In this document: positions 50,152 to 59,917 of the stretch, one piece after another
How positions within the stretch are numbered: position 1 is the first letter of the stretch
Layout: each line of letters starts with the position of its first letter
Source: an uncultured candidatus Brocadiaceae bacterium
GTDB lineage: Bacteria; Planctomycetota; Brocadiia; SM23-32
NCBI GenBank assembly: GCA_964434535.1
Contig: CAYSWA010000007.1
Coordinates: 8,321-72,320, forward strand
Reading direction: 5' to 3'
Length of the DNA stretch: 64,000 nt
Position numbers and translations under genes: made by a program
Notes under the pieces: generated by a model
What the model was told of the DNA's origin: nothing
The model's input: the letters and a program-made list of their open reading frames with translations, nothing else
Databases searched by the model: none

Positions 50152-51501
50152 ATGAGGCGCACACTAAGGGGGTTGGGTCTGGTGGCACTGGCCCTCGGCA
50201 TCTGCGGCTCGCTGGCTTTTGCGCAGGAGACGGGGCCGCCGGAGGGCGACGTGGCCGAGTCGCTGGCGACGCTCCAGACGAACCTGAACGTGGTCTGGAC
50301 GGCCGTGGCGGCGTTCCTGGTCTTCTTCATGCAGGCCGGGTTCGCCATGGTGGAGACGGGGTTCACGCGGGCCAAGAACGCCTGCAACATCCTGATGAAG
50401 AACCTCATGGATTTCTCCATCGGGTCCATCATGTGGTTCCTGGTCGGTTTCGGGCTGATGTTCGGAGCCGGGGCGAGCGGCTGGGTGGGGATGAGCCACT
50501 TCGCCGCGACGGACTACAGCGCCAACGAGCTGAACTGGACGTTCTGGCTCTTCCAGTGCGTCTTCGCCGGCACGGCGGCCACCATCGTCTCGGGCGCGAT
50601 GGCCGGGCGCACGAAGTTCCACGGCTACCTGGCCTACAGCGCGGTGATCTGTGCGTTGATCTACCCGATCAGCGGCCACTGGGCCTGGGGCAGCCTGTTC
50701 GGTGTCGGGGAGGGCTGGCTGGAGGCGCGCGGTTTCGTGGACTTCGCCGGCTCGACCGTGGTCCACAGTTGCGGGGGCTGGCTCGCTCTGGCCGGGGCCG
50801 TTGTGCTCGGCCCGCGCACGGGCAAGTACGCCCCCGACGGCCGCTCCCGCGCCATCCCCGGCCACAACATCCCGCTGGCGGCGCTCGGGGTCTTCATCCT
50901 CTGGTTCGGCTGGTTCGGCTTCAACCCCGGCAGCACGACCGTGGGCGACCCGGCCCTGGGCTACGTGGCCATGACCACGAACCTGGCAGCCGCGGGCGGG
51001 GCCATCGGGGCCATGCTCGTCGCGTGGCTGCGGTTCCGCAAGCCCGACGTTTCGATGGCCCTCAACGGCGTGCTGGCCGGCCTGGTGGCCATCACTGCCG
51101 GCTGCGCCAACGTCAGCGTGCCCGGCGCCATGGTGATCGGCTTCCTGGCCGGCGTGCTCGTCGTGGTGTCCGTCGAGTTCATCGACAAGGTGCTCAAGGT
51201 CGACGATCCGGTCGGCGCGGTCAGCGTGCACGGCGTCTGCGGCGTCTTCGGCACCATCATGGCCGGGCTGCTGAACAGCCCGTCCGCCCCGGGCTACGCC
51301 GCGGGCGCGAGCGTCGGCACGCAACTGCTCGGCGTCGGCGTCATGTTCGCCTGGGCCTTTGGCACGGGCATGGCGCTGTTCACCCTGATCAAGCTCACCG
51401 TCGGCCTGCGCGCCTCACGCGACGAAGAGCTGCGCGGGCTGGACATCGGCGAGCACGGCATGGAGGCATATAGCGGCTTCCAGGTCTTCACCACCACCTG
51501 A
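50152..51501 (+). CDS. amt: ammonium transporter
   Basis: Amt/MEP signature regions ([39 protein letters not shown]), signal peptide, 11 TM helices. Confidence 0.9.
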   Translation: MRRTLRGLGLVALALGICGSLAFAQETGPPEGDVAESLATLQTNLNVVWTAVAAFLVFFMQAGFAMVETGFTRAKNACNILMKNLMDFSIGSIMWFLVGFGLMFGAGASGWVGMSHFAATDYSANELNWTFWLFQCVFAGTAATIVSGAMAGRTKFHGYLAYSAVICALIYPISGHWAWGSLFGVGEGWLEARGFVDFAGSTVVHSCGGWLALAGAVVLGPRTGKYAPDGRSRAIPGHNIPLAALGVFILWFGWFGFNPGSTTVGDPALGYVAMTTNLAAAGGAIGAMLVAWLRFRKPDVSMALNGVLAGLVAITAGCANVSVPGAMVIGFLAGVLVVVSVEFIDKVLKVDDPVGAVSVHGVCGVFGTIMAGLLNSPSAPGYAAGASVGTQLLGVGVMFAWAFGTGMALFTLIKLTVGLRASRDEELRGLDIGEHGMEAYSGFQVFTTT

Positions 51502-51520
51502 GGGAAGGAGGGCTGCAGGC

Positions 51521-51862
51521 GTGAAACTGATCATCGCCTACATCCAGCCCGAGAAGCTCAGTGACGTCAAGCAGGAGCTCTACCGGGCCGAGGTCTTCAA
51601 GATGTCCGTCACCAACGCGCTCGGCTGCGGCCAGCAGAAGGGCTACACCGAGTCCTACCGCGGCGTTGAGATGGAGGTGAACCTGCTGAAGAAGGTCCGG
51701 CTGGAGATCGCGGTCAACGAGGACTTCGTCCGGCCGACGGTCGAGGCGATCATCGCGGGCGCGAAGACCGGCCAGATCGGCGACGGGAAGATCTTCGTGC
51801 TCGACCTGCACCAGTGCATCCGCATCCGCACCGGCGAGACGGGGAGCGGGGCCATCGGCTGA
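51521..51862 (+). CDS. glnK: nitrogen regulatory protein P-II (GlnK, amt-linked)
   Basis: [13 protein letters not shown]...T-loop YRGVEMEV...RIRTGETG. 19 nt downstream of amt. Confidence 0.9.
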   Translation: MKLIIAYIQPEKLSDVKQELYRAEVFKMSVTNALGCGQQKGYTESYRGVEMEVNLLKKVRLEIAVNEDFVRPTVEAIIAGAKTGQIGDGKIFVLDLHQCIRIRTGETGSGAIG

Positions 51863-51935
51863 ACGTCCGCCCGGAAAGAGGACGAAAGGAGGGTGCGCCC
51901 GTGAGACGATGGCCCAGAGCGGGCGGGGCGCGCCG

Positions 51936-51986
51936 AACCTACGTGAATGTGGGGAGGGGCACCTCGAACCTACGCGATAGTAGGTT
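51936..51986. promoter_or_regulatory. AACCTAC half-site (51936-51942) plus inverted repeat AACCTAC-GCGATA-GTAGGTT (51967-51986); candidate regulator binding sites upstream of glnA
   Basis: Perfect 7-bp arms with a 6-bp spacer. Related sites occur at 47526-47560 and 49131-49154. Confidence 0.4.
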
Positions 51987-52065
51987 GTTCACGGAAACGG
52001 TAAGCGGGCCTGAGATTGCGTAAGGCGTTGCAGATAAGTGATGCTTCGTGTCACTTGATTCTGGG

Positions 52066-52160
52066 AGTGTGGCATGGCCCTCCGGCCCAGAGGGGCCTCC
52101 GGCCCGGCGGGAAGCCCGTGCCACCGAACCGCGGCCCATAATCTCAAGTGTCAGGGACCA
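52066..52160 (-). repeat. structured dispersed repeat, copy B (inverted relative to copy A)
   Basis: Its reverse complement matches the 10351-10401 core at 50 of 51 nt and shares the terminal GGCCATGCCACACT. The centre differs, carrying a GGGCCGGAG direct repeat. Confidence 0.7.
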
Positions 52161-52186
52161 GTAGCTTACGGAAGGCCGAGGAGCAT

Positions 52187-52201
52187 TGGCACGGCCGTTG
52201 C
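52187..52201 (+). promoter_or_regulatory. sigma-54 promoter TGGCACG-GCCG-TTGCT for glnA
   Basis: Near-perfect match to TGGCACG-N4-TTGCW. The GG and GC are 10 nt apart. About 78 nt upstream of the glnA ATG. Confidence 0.65.
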
Positions 52202-52278
52202 TTAGGAGTTGGGCAACTGAATGGCGGGCGCCGCATCCGCCTGGGCGCCGCGGCAACCCGAAGGAGGGAGGACGGCAG

Positions 52279-53610
52279 ATGGAGATGAAAAACAGGGACT
52301 TCGTTCTGAAGGCCGTCAGCGACCACAAGGTGAAGTTCATCCGCCTCTGGTTCACCGACGTGCTCGGCTTCCTGAAGAGCTTCGCGATCACGGCCGAGGA
52401 GCTGGAGGAGGCGCTCGACGAGGGGATGGGCTTCGACGGGTCGTCGATCGAGGGCTTCGCGCGCATCCAGGAGAGCGACATGATCGCCCGGCCCGATCCG
52501 AGCACGTTCGCCATCCTGCCATGGCGTCCGACCGAGGACGGGGCGGTGGCGCGCATGTTCTGCGACGTGCTCCAGCCGGACGGCACGCCGTATGAGGGCG
52601 ATCCCCGGTGGGCCCTGAAGCGCAACCTGGAGAAGGCGGCGCAGATGGGCTACCGATTCTACGTCGGCCCGGAGCTGGAGTTCTTCTACTTCAAGGACGC
52701 CTCGACGGTGGCCACGCTCGATGCCGGCGGCTACTTCGACCTGACCCCGCTGGATGTGGCGAGCGACCTGCGGCGCGACTCGGTGCTCGCCCTGGAAAAG
52801 CTCGGCATCCACGTCGAGTACAGCCACCACGAGGTCGCACCGAGCCAGCACGAGATCGACCTGCGCTTCATGGACGCCCTCTCCATGGCCGATGCCGCGA
52901 TGACCTACCGGCTCACCGTCAAGGAGGTCGCCCTCCAGCACGGCGTCTACGCCACCTTCATGCCCAAGCCGATCGCCGGGGAGAACGGCAGCGGCATGCA
53001 CACGCACCAGTCGCTCTTCGCCGGGGAGGAGAACGCGTTCTTCAGCGCCGACGACGAGTTCCACCTCTCGAACGTGGGCAAGTCCTACATTGCCGGGCTG
53101 CTGACCCACGCGCGGGAGATCTGCTCGCTGGTCGCCCAGTGGGTCAACTCCTACAAGCGGCTGGTGCCGGGCTACGAGGCGCCGGTCTACGTCTCGTGGG
53201 CGCGCCGCAATCGCTCGGCGCTGGTGCGGGTGCCGATGTACAAGCCCGAGAAGGCGAAGGCGACCCGCGCCGAGTTCCGCTGCCCCGACCCGGCCTGCAA
53301 CCCCTACCTGGCCTTCGCCGTGATGCTGGCCGCCGGCCTGAAGGGCGTCGAGGAGGGCTACGAGCTGGCGGACCCGGTCGAAGAGGACATCTTCGAGATG
53401 ACCGAGGCCGAGCGGGAGGCGCGCGGCATCCTCTCCCTGCCGGGCAACCTGGCCGAGGCCATCGCCGAGACCGAACGGAGCGAACTGGTCCGCACAGCGC
53501 TCGGGGACCACATCTTCGAGAAGTTCATCGCCAACAAGAAGATCGAGTGGGACGGCTACAGGATGCACGTCAGCCGCTTCGAACTGGACAAGTACCTCCC
53601 TATCCTCTGA
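52279..53610 (+). CDS. glnA: glutamine synthetase, type I
   Basis: ATG 52279 with AAGGAGGGAGG upstream. GS beta-grasp and catalytic motifs (KFIRLWFTD, GSSIEGF, MPKPIAGENGSGMHTHQS, adenylylation-region NPY). Confidence 0.9.
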   Translation: MEMKNRDFVLKAVSDHKVKFIRLWFTDVLGFLKSFAITAEELEEALDEGMGFDGSSIEGFARIQESDMIARPDPSTFAILPWRPTEDGAVARMFCDVLQPDGTPYEGDPRWALKRNLEKAAQMGYRFYVGPELEFFYFKDASTVATLDAGGYFDLTPLDVASDLRRDSVLALEKLGIHVEYSHHEVAPSQHEIDLRFMDALSMADAAMTYRLTVKEVALQHGVYATFMPKPIAGENGSGMHTHQSLFAGEENAFFSADDEFHLSNVGKSYIAGLLTHAREICSLVAQWVNSYKRLVPGYEAPVYVSWARRNRSALVRVPMYKPEKAKATRAEFRCPDPACNPYLAFAVMLAAGLKGVEEGYELADPVEEDIFEMTEAEREARGILSLPGNLAEAIAETERSELVRTALGDHIFEKFIANKKIEWDGYRMHVSRFELDKYLPIL

Positions 53611-53696
53611 GCCACCGGGGCTCAGGAGGCACGCCCCGGGGACTCATCGCCCACTCCGAGTCCCCGGGGCAGTCTCGACCAGGCCGAGGATGGCGC

Positions 53697-56600
53697 ATGG
53701 GTGGCGAACGGGAACAGACGGACGACCCTCGCCAGGACGGCGATCCCGACCAGCGCCGGGGGGCGATGGACCGCGCGGGACGGCCGCGTGGCGGGGGGCT
53801 CTACGATCCGCGCTTCGAGCACGATGCCTGCGGGGTCGGCTTCCTGGCCCGACTCGACGGCGAGGCGCACCATCACGTCGTCGCCGACGCCGTGGAGGTG
53901 CTGGCCAACCTCGGGCACCGTGGCGCCGTCGGCGGCGACCAGGCCACGGGCGACGGCGCGGGCCTGCTGGTTCAGATGCCGGATGCGTTCATGCGCCGGG
54001 TCGCCGGCGAGTGCAGCGTCGATCTGCCCGGGCCGGGCCAGTACGCCGCCGGCATGGTCTTCCTGCCCGACGAGCCGGCCGCCGCCGAGCGCTGCATGAG
54101 CGCGCTGGAACGGGCGAGCCAGGCCGAGGGCTGCCTCCTGCTCGGCTGGCGCAAGGTGCCGACCTCGGGCGAGCACCTGGGCGAGCTTGCCCGCAGCACC
54201 CGGCCCGACATCCGCCAGGTCTTCGTCGCGCCCGGCCGCGTGCCGCCGGGCGGGTTCGAGCGCAAGCTCTACGTCCTGCGCCGGCGGGTCGAGAACGAAG
54301 TGGCCGGCTGGCGCGACGAGGCCACCGCGCAGTTCTACGTCGCCAGCCTCTCCAGCCGCACCGTCCTCTACAAAGGGATGCTCAGCGGCACGCAACTCGT
54401 GCGCTTCTACCCGGAGCTGGACGAGCGGGACTTCGCCTGCGCCTTCGTCGTCGTCCACCAGCGCTACAGCACGAATACCTTCCCCACCTGGCAGCTCGCA
54501 CAGCCCTTCCGCATGCTCGCGCACAACGGCGAGATCAACACCCTGCGCGGGAACGTGAGCCACATGCGCGCCCGCGAGGCCGAACTGGCCAGCGAGCTGT
54601 TCGGCGACGACATCGAGAAGGTCAAGCCCGTCATCGTGGAGGGCGGCAGCGACTCGGCGATGCTCGACAACGCGCTGGAGCTGCTGACCATGGCCGGCCG
54701 CTCGCTGCCGCACGCGGCCATGATGCTGGTGCCCGAGGCATGGGGCGGCAAGTTCCACATGAGCGAGGACCGGCGCGCCTTCTACGAATACCACGCCGCC
54801 ATCATGGAGCCGTGGGACGGCCCGGCGGCGCTGGTCTTCACCGACGGGCGCTACATCGGCGCCACGCTCGACCGCAACGGGCTGCGCCCCTGCCGCTTCA
54901 CCGTCACCGGCGACGGCTACGTCGTGCTCGCCTCCGAGACCGGCGTGCTCGACATCCCGCCGAGCCGCATCATCCGCCACGGCCGGCTCCAGCCGGGCAA
55001 GATGCTGCTGGTGGACATGGAGGAGAACCGGATCGTCTCCGACAACGAGATCAAGGCCCGCATGGGCCGCCAGCGGCCCTACCGGCGCTGGGTGCGGGAC
55101 AACCGCATCGAGCTGCGCGGCCTGTTCGCCCCGTCGGAGATCCCGCCCGAGGACCCCGAGGAGCTGCTGCGCAAGCAGCACGCGTTCGGCTACACCCGTG
55201 AGGAGCTCTCCATGGTCATCGGCCCCATGGCCTCGCAGGGCCAGGAGGCCGTCGGCTCGATGGGCAACGACGCGGCCCTGGCCGTCTTCTGCGACCGGCC
55301 GCAGCTCCTGTTCGCCTACTTCAAGCAGCTCTTCGCCCAGGTGACCAACCCGCCGATCGATCCGCTGCGCGAGCAGCTCGTCATGTCGCTGATGAGCTTC
55401 GTCGGGCGCGAGCGGAACTTGCTGGACGAGACCCCCGAGCACTGCCGGCGGCTCAAGATCCCGCATCCCGTCCTCACGCCGGAGGACACGGTGAGGCTCC
55501 GGGGCGCCGACCACCCCGACCTGGTCACGCGCGACGTGGACATCCTGTTCGAGGCGGGCGGCGACGGCAAGGCGCTCAAGGTCGGCCTGGAGCGCGTCTT
55601 CGCGAAGGCCGAAAAGGCGATCGCCGACGGGGCCAGCATCCTGATCCTGACCGACCGCCACATGGACGAGGACCACGCGCCGATCCCGGCGCTGCTCGCG
55701 GTGGCCGGGCTCCACCATCACCTGATCCGCAGGGGCCTGCGCACGCGGGCGGGCATTGTGGTGGAGAGCGGCGAGCCGCGCGAGGTCATGCACTTCGCGC
55801 TGCTGGTCGGCTACGGGGCGAACGCCGTCTGCCCGTACGTGGCCTTCGCCACGGTGCGGCAACTGGCGGAGGAGGGGCTGCTCGCGCGGGAGACCAGCCC
55901 GGCGCGGGCGGCCGACGCCTACATCACCGCCGTCAAGAAGGGGCTGCTCAAGACGTTTAGCCGCATGGGCATCTCGACGATCCGCAGCTACTTCGGCGCG
56001 CAGATATTTGAAGCCGTCGGGCTCTCGCGCGGGCTGGTGGACGAGTACTTCTGCGGCACGGCCTCCCGCGTGGAGGGGATCGGCCTGGAGGAGATCGCCG
56101 GCGAGGCGGCCCGGCGCCACCGCGCCGGCTTCCCTGCGGGCCGGGCGCCGGCGGCGCTGCTGGAGGCCGGCGGCGCCTACCACGTCCGCGTCGGCGGCGA
56201 GAGCCACCTCTGGACGCCCGAGGCGCTCCACACGCTTCAGCAGGCCACGCGCACCGACGACTACGGCCTGTTCCGCCGCTACACGGCGCTGATCGACGCG
56301 CAGTCCGAGCGGCGCGTCACGCTGCGGAGCCTGTTCCGGTTCCGCGAGACGGAGCCCGTGCCGCTGGAGGAGGTCGAGTCGGTCGAGTCGATCATGCGGC
56401 GGTTCTGCTCGGCGGCGATGTCCTTCGGCTCGATCAGCAAGGAGGCGCACGAGACGATCGCCACCGCCATGAACCGGCTCGGGGCGAAGAGCAACTCGGG
56501 CGAGGGCGGGGAGGACCGCGAGCGCTACCGCCCGCTGCCGAACGGGGATTCGCGCTGCTCGGCGATCAAGCAGGTCGCCTCGGGGCGGTTCGGCGTCACG

Positions 56601-58322
56601 ACCGAGTACCTGGTCAACGCCCGCGAGCTCCAGATCAAGATGGCCCAGGGGGCCAAGCCGGGCGAGGGCGGGCAACTGCCCGGCCACAAGGTCAGCAGGG
56701 ACATCGCCCGCGTGCGGCACACAACGGCCGGCGTGACGCTGATCTCGCCGCCGCCGCACCACGACATCTACTCCATCGAAGACCTGGCGCAGCTCATCTA
56801 CGACCTGAAGGCCGTCAACCGCGAGGCCCGCGTCTCGGTGAAGCTCGTCAGCGAGGTCGGCGTCGGCACCATCGCCGCCGGCGTGGCGAAGGGCAAGGCC
56901 GACATGGTGCTGATCGCCGGCCACGACGGCGGCACCGGCGCCAGCCCGCTGACCGCCATCCAGCACACCGGCCTGCCATGGGAGCTCGGCCTGGCCGAGA
57001 CGCAGCAGACGCTGGTGACCAACCGCCTGCGCGAGCGCATCCGCGTGCAGGTGGACGGCCAGCTCAAGACCGGGCGCGACCTGGCGGTGGCGGCGCTGCT
57101 CGGCGCCGAGGAGTTCGGCTTCGGCACAACCGTGCTGGTCACGCTCGGCTGCGTGATGATGCGCAAGTGCCACATGAACACCTGCCCGGTCGGCGTCGCC
57201 ACTCAGGACCCCGTGCTGCGGGCGCGCTTCGCCGGGAAGCCCGAGTACGTCGAGCGCTTCTTCCGCTTCATGGCGCAGGAGCTGCGCGAATGGATGGGCA
57301 AGCTCGGGTTTCGCACGCTCGACGATATGGTTGGCCGCGTCGAGATGCTCGACGTCGAGCCGGCCGTCGAGCACTACAAGGCCAGGGGGCTGGAGCTGGG
57401 CGCGCTGCTGGAGGCGCCGCAGGCGCCGGAAGGCACGTCCCTGCGCTGCACCGGCGGGCAGCAACCCACCGAGCTGGCCGAGCCCGAGCGTGAGCTGCTC
57501 CGAGTGGCGCGCCCGGCGTTGGAGGAGGGCCGCCCGGTGCGCGTCGAGCTGCCGATCCGCAACGTGCACCGCACCGTCTGTGCCACGCTGAGCGGCGAGG
57601 TGGCCCGGCGCTACGGGGCCGAAGGGCTGCCCGAGGGCACGGTCCGGGTCTGGCTGCAGGGTTCGGCCGGGCAGAGCCTGGCGGCGTTCCTGGCGCGGGG
57701 CGTGGAGGTGCGCCTGGAGGGCGAGGCGAACGACTACACGGCCAAGGGCATGTCCGGCGGGCGGCTGGTGGTGGTGCCGCCGCCGGACGCCGCCTTCCTG
57801 CCGCACGAGAACATCATCGTGGGCAACGTCGTGCTCTACGGGGCCACGGGGGGCGAGGCGTTCATCTGCGGCGTGGCGGGGGAGCGGTTCGCCGTGCGCA
57901 ACAGCGGCGCGACGGCCGTCGTCGAGGGCGTCGGCGACCACGCCTGCGAGTACATGACCGGCGGCGTGGTGGTCGTGCTCGGCTCGACCGGCTACAACTT
58001 CGCCGCCGGCATGAGCGGCGGCGTCGCCTACGTCTACGACGAGTCCGAGGCGTTCGGCACCCGCTGCAACCTGGACATGGTGGACCTGGAGAGCGTGCGC
58101 GGCGAGGAGGACCGCCGCCGGCTCCGGGCCCTCGTCGAGAAGCACCGGCGCCTGACCGGCAGCGCGCGGGCCGCCATGCTGCTGGAGAACTGGCAGGGTC
58201 AGCTTCCGCTCTTCGTCAAGGTGATGCCGCTCGAGTACCGCGAGGTCCTCCAGCGCATGCGCCTGGAGGAGCACCGCGACAGCGAGACCGTCTCGGCCAC
58301 CGAGGAGGTCTACCATGGGTAA
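53697..58322 (+). CDS. gltB: glutamate synthase large subunit
   Basis: N-terminal amidotransferase nucleophile in ...LYDPRFEHDACGVGF, FMN domain, 3Fe-4S Cys cluster, and C-terminal GXGXG beta-helix. 1541 aa. The start is ATG 53697 (GAGGA SD) or 53766. Confidence 0.9.
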   Translation: MGGEREQTDDPRQDGDPDQRRGAMDRAGRPRGGGLYDPRFEHDACGVGFLARLDGEAHHHVVADAVEVLANLGHRGAVGGDQATGDGAGLLVQMPDAFMRRVAGECSVDLPGPGQYAAGMVFLPDEPAAAERCMSALERASQAEGCLLLGWRKVPTSGEHLGELARSTRPDIRQVFVAPGRVPPGGFERKLYVLRRRVENEVAGWRDEATAQFYVASLSSRTVLYKGMLSGTQLVRFYPELDERDFACAFVVVHQRYSTNTFPTWQLAQPFRMLAHNGEINTLRGNVSHMRAREAELASELFGDDIEKVKPVIVEGGSDSAMLDNALELLTMAGRSLPHAAMMLVPEAWGGKFHMSEDRRAFYEYHAAIMEPWDGPAALVFTDGRYIGATLDRNGLRPCRFTVTGDGYVVLASETGVLDIPPSRIIRHGRLQPGKMLLVDMEENRIVSDNEIKARMGRQRPYRRWVRDNRIELRGLFAPSEIPPEDPEELLRKQHAFGYTREELSMVIGPMASQGQEAVGSMGNDAALAVFCDRPQLLFAYFKQLFAQVTNPPIDPLREQLVMSLMSFVGRERNLLDETPEHCRRLKIPHPVLTPEDTVRLRGADHPDLVTRDVDILFEAGGDGKALKVGLERVFAKAEKAIADGASILILTDRHMDEDHAPIPALLAVAGLHHHLIRRGLRTRAGIVVESGEPREVMHFALLVGYGANAVCPYVAFATVRQLAEEGLLARETSPARAADAYITAVKKGLLKTFSRMGISTIRSYFGAQIFEAVGLSRGLVDEYFCGTASRVEGIGLEEIAGEAARRHRAGFPAGRAPAALLEAGGAYHVRVGGESHLWTPEALHTLQQATRTDDYGLFRRYTALIDAQSERRVTLRSLFRFRETEPVPLEEVESVESIMRRFCSAAMSFGSISKEAHETIATAMNRLGAKSNSGEGGEDRERYRPLPNGDSRCSAIKQVASGRFGVTTEYLVNARELQIKMAQGAKPGEGGQLPGHKVSRDIARVRHTTAGVTLISPPPHHDIYSIEDLAQLIYDLKAVNREARVSVKLVSEVGVGTIAAGVAKGKADMVLIAGHDGGTGASPLTAIQHTGLPWELGLAETQQTLVTNRLRERIRVQVDGQLKTGRDLAVAALLGAEEFGFGTTVLVTLGCVMMRKCHMNTCPVGVATQDPVLRARFAGKPEYVERFFRFMAQELREWMGKLGFRTLDDMVGRVEMLDVEPAVEHYKARGLELGALLEAPQAPEGTSLRCTGGQQPTELAEPERELLRVARPALEEGRPVRVELPIRNVHRTVCATLSGEVARRYGAEGLPEGTVRVWLQGSAGQSLAAFLARGVEVRLEGEANDYTAKGMSGGRLVVVPPPDAAFLPHENIIVGNVVLYGATGGEAFICGVAGERFAVRNSGATAVVEGVGDHACEYMTGGVVVVLGSTGYNFAAGMSGGVAYVYDESEAFGTRCNLDMVDLESVRGEEDRRRLRALVEKHRRLTGSARAAMLLENWQGQLPLFVKVMPLEYREVLQRMRLEEHRDSETVSATEEVYHG

Positions 58323-59748
58323 GCCGACCGGTTTCCTGGAATACGGGCGCGTCGAGCCGCCGCAGCGGGAGGTGGAGGAGCGGGTGCGCGACTTCGCGGA
58401 GGTCGAGGAGCTGCTCAGCCCCGAGGAGCTCCGCCGCCAGGCGGCCCGCTGCATGGACTGCGGCATCCCGTTCTGCCACGCCTTCGGCTGCCCGCTGGCG
58501 AACGTGATCCCCGAGTGGAACGAGATGGCCTACCGGGGCAAGTGGCGCCGGGCGCTGGAGCTGCTCCACGCGACCAACAACTTCCCCGAGGTGACCGGGC
58601 GCATCTGCCCGGCCCCGTGCGAGCCGGCCTGCACGCTCGCCATCAATCAGGACGCGGTGACGATCCGGCACATCGAGCTTCAGATCGCCGAGCGCGGCTG
58701 GCGCGAGGGATGGATCGAGCCGCAGCCGCCCGCGCGCAGCTCCGACCGCAGCGTCGCCGTGATCGGCTCGGGGCCGGCGGCGCTCGCCGCCGCCCAGCAG
58801 CTCGCGCGCGCGGGTCACGAGACGACCGCCTTCGAGAAGTCCGACCGCGCCGGCGGCATCCTGCGCTACGGCATCCCCGACTTCAAGCTGGACAAGGCGG
58901 TCCTCGACCGCCGCCTGGAGCAGATGGGCCGCGAGGGCGTCTCGTTCGAGCTCGGCGTCGAGGTGGGGCGCGACGTCTCCGCCCGCTACCTGCTGCGCCA
59001 TTTCGACGCCGTGCTCGTCTGCACCGGCGCCGGCGCGCCCCGCGACCTCGACGCGCCGGGGCGCGACCTGGACGGCATCCACTTCGCCATGGACTTCCTT
59101 ACCGGGCAGAACCGCCGCAACATGGGCGAGGTCATTGCGCCCGACGAGCGGATCAGCGCCGAGGGCAAGCGCGTCGTCGTCATCGGCGGCGGCGACACCG
59201 GGGCCGACTGCGTCGGCACCAGCCGGCGGCAGGGCGCGCGCGAGATCGTGCAGGTCGAGCTGCTGCCCGAGCCGCCGAGGGAGCGGCCGGCGGACAACCC
59301 CTGGCCCACCTGGCCGCAGGTGCTGCGCTCCAGCACCTCGCACCAGGAGGGCTGCCGGCGCCTCTGGAGCGTGCTGACCAGGGAGGCGCTCGGGCGGGAG
59401 GGGTGCGTGCGGGCGCTGCGGTGCGTGAGGCTCGACTGGTCGGCGCCCGACGAGGGCGGGCGGCGTTCGTTCCGCGAGGTGCCGGGCGCGCAGTTCGATC
59501 TGCCCGCCGAGCTGGTGATCCTGGCGATGGGTTTCGTGCACACCGAACACGGTGGGTTGGTGGAGGAGCTCGACCTGGAGACCGACGCGCGCGGCAACCT
59601 GGCCACCGACGAGCGCGGGATGACGAGCGCGACCGGCGTCTTCGCGGCCGGCGACTCGGCCGTCGGCGCCTCGCTGGTCGTGCGGGCGATCGCGGCCGGC
59701 CGCCGCGTCGCGGCGTCGGTGGGCGATTACCTGGACCGGCTCGCTTGA
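58315..59748 (+). CDS. gltD: glutamate synthase small subunit (NADPH)
   Basis: Fe-S Cys cluster CMDCGIPFCH...CPAPCEPAC. FAD/NAD Rossmann motifs VAVIGSGPAALAAA and VVVIGGGDTGADC. Overlaps the gltB stop. Confidence 0.9.
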   Translation: MGKPTGFLEYGRVEPPQREVEERVRDFAEVEELLSPEELRRQAARCMDCGIPFCHAFGCPLANVIPEWNEMAYRGKWRRALELLHATNNFPEVTGRICPAPCEPACTLAINQDAVTIRHIELQIAERGWREGWIEPQPPARSSDRSVAVIGSGPAALAAAQQLARAGHETTAFEKSDRAGGILRYGIPDFKLDKAVLDRRLEQMGREGVSFELGVEVGRDVSARYLLRHFDAVLVCTGAGAPRDLDAPGRDLDGIHFAMDFLTGQNRRNMGEVIAPDERISAEGKRVVVIGGGDTGADCVGTSRRQGAREIVQVELLPEPPRERPADNPWPTWPQVLRSSTSHQEGCRRLWSVLTREALGREGCVRALRCVRLDWSAPDEGGRRSFREVPGAQFDLPAELVILAMGFVHTEHGGLVEELDLETDARGNLATDERGMTSATGVFAAGDSAVGASLVVRAIAAGRRVAASVGDYLDRLA

Positions 59749-59917
59749 CCGGGCGCGCGGCGGCCCGCATAATGGGGCGTGCCGCGTGACCTGAGCCGAT
59801 CCGCACGAGCGACGGCGGCACGGAAAGCGATCCGGGTCGGCACCCCCGAATGCCCGCGCGGAACGGGCACACCACGGGCCGCACTACGTACGCACGGCGA
59901 AGCCGACGAGGGGCTGC

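Noticed and set aside
53622-58466. 1614-aa minus-strand ORF antisense to gltB
   Set aside because: It is a shadow of the 1541-aa glutamate synthase large subunit. The same reasoning applies to 30879..32876, 34715..36778, 43134..45941, 45892..48783, 20145..22091 and 22294..23688.
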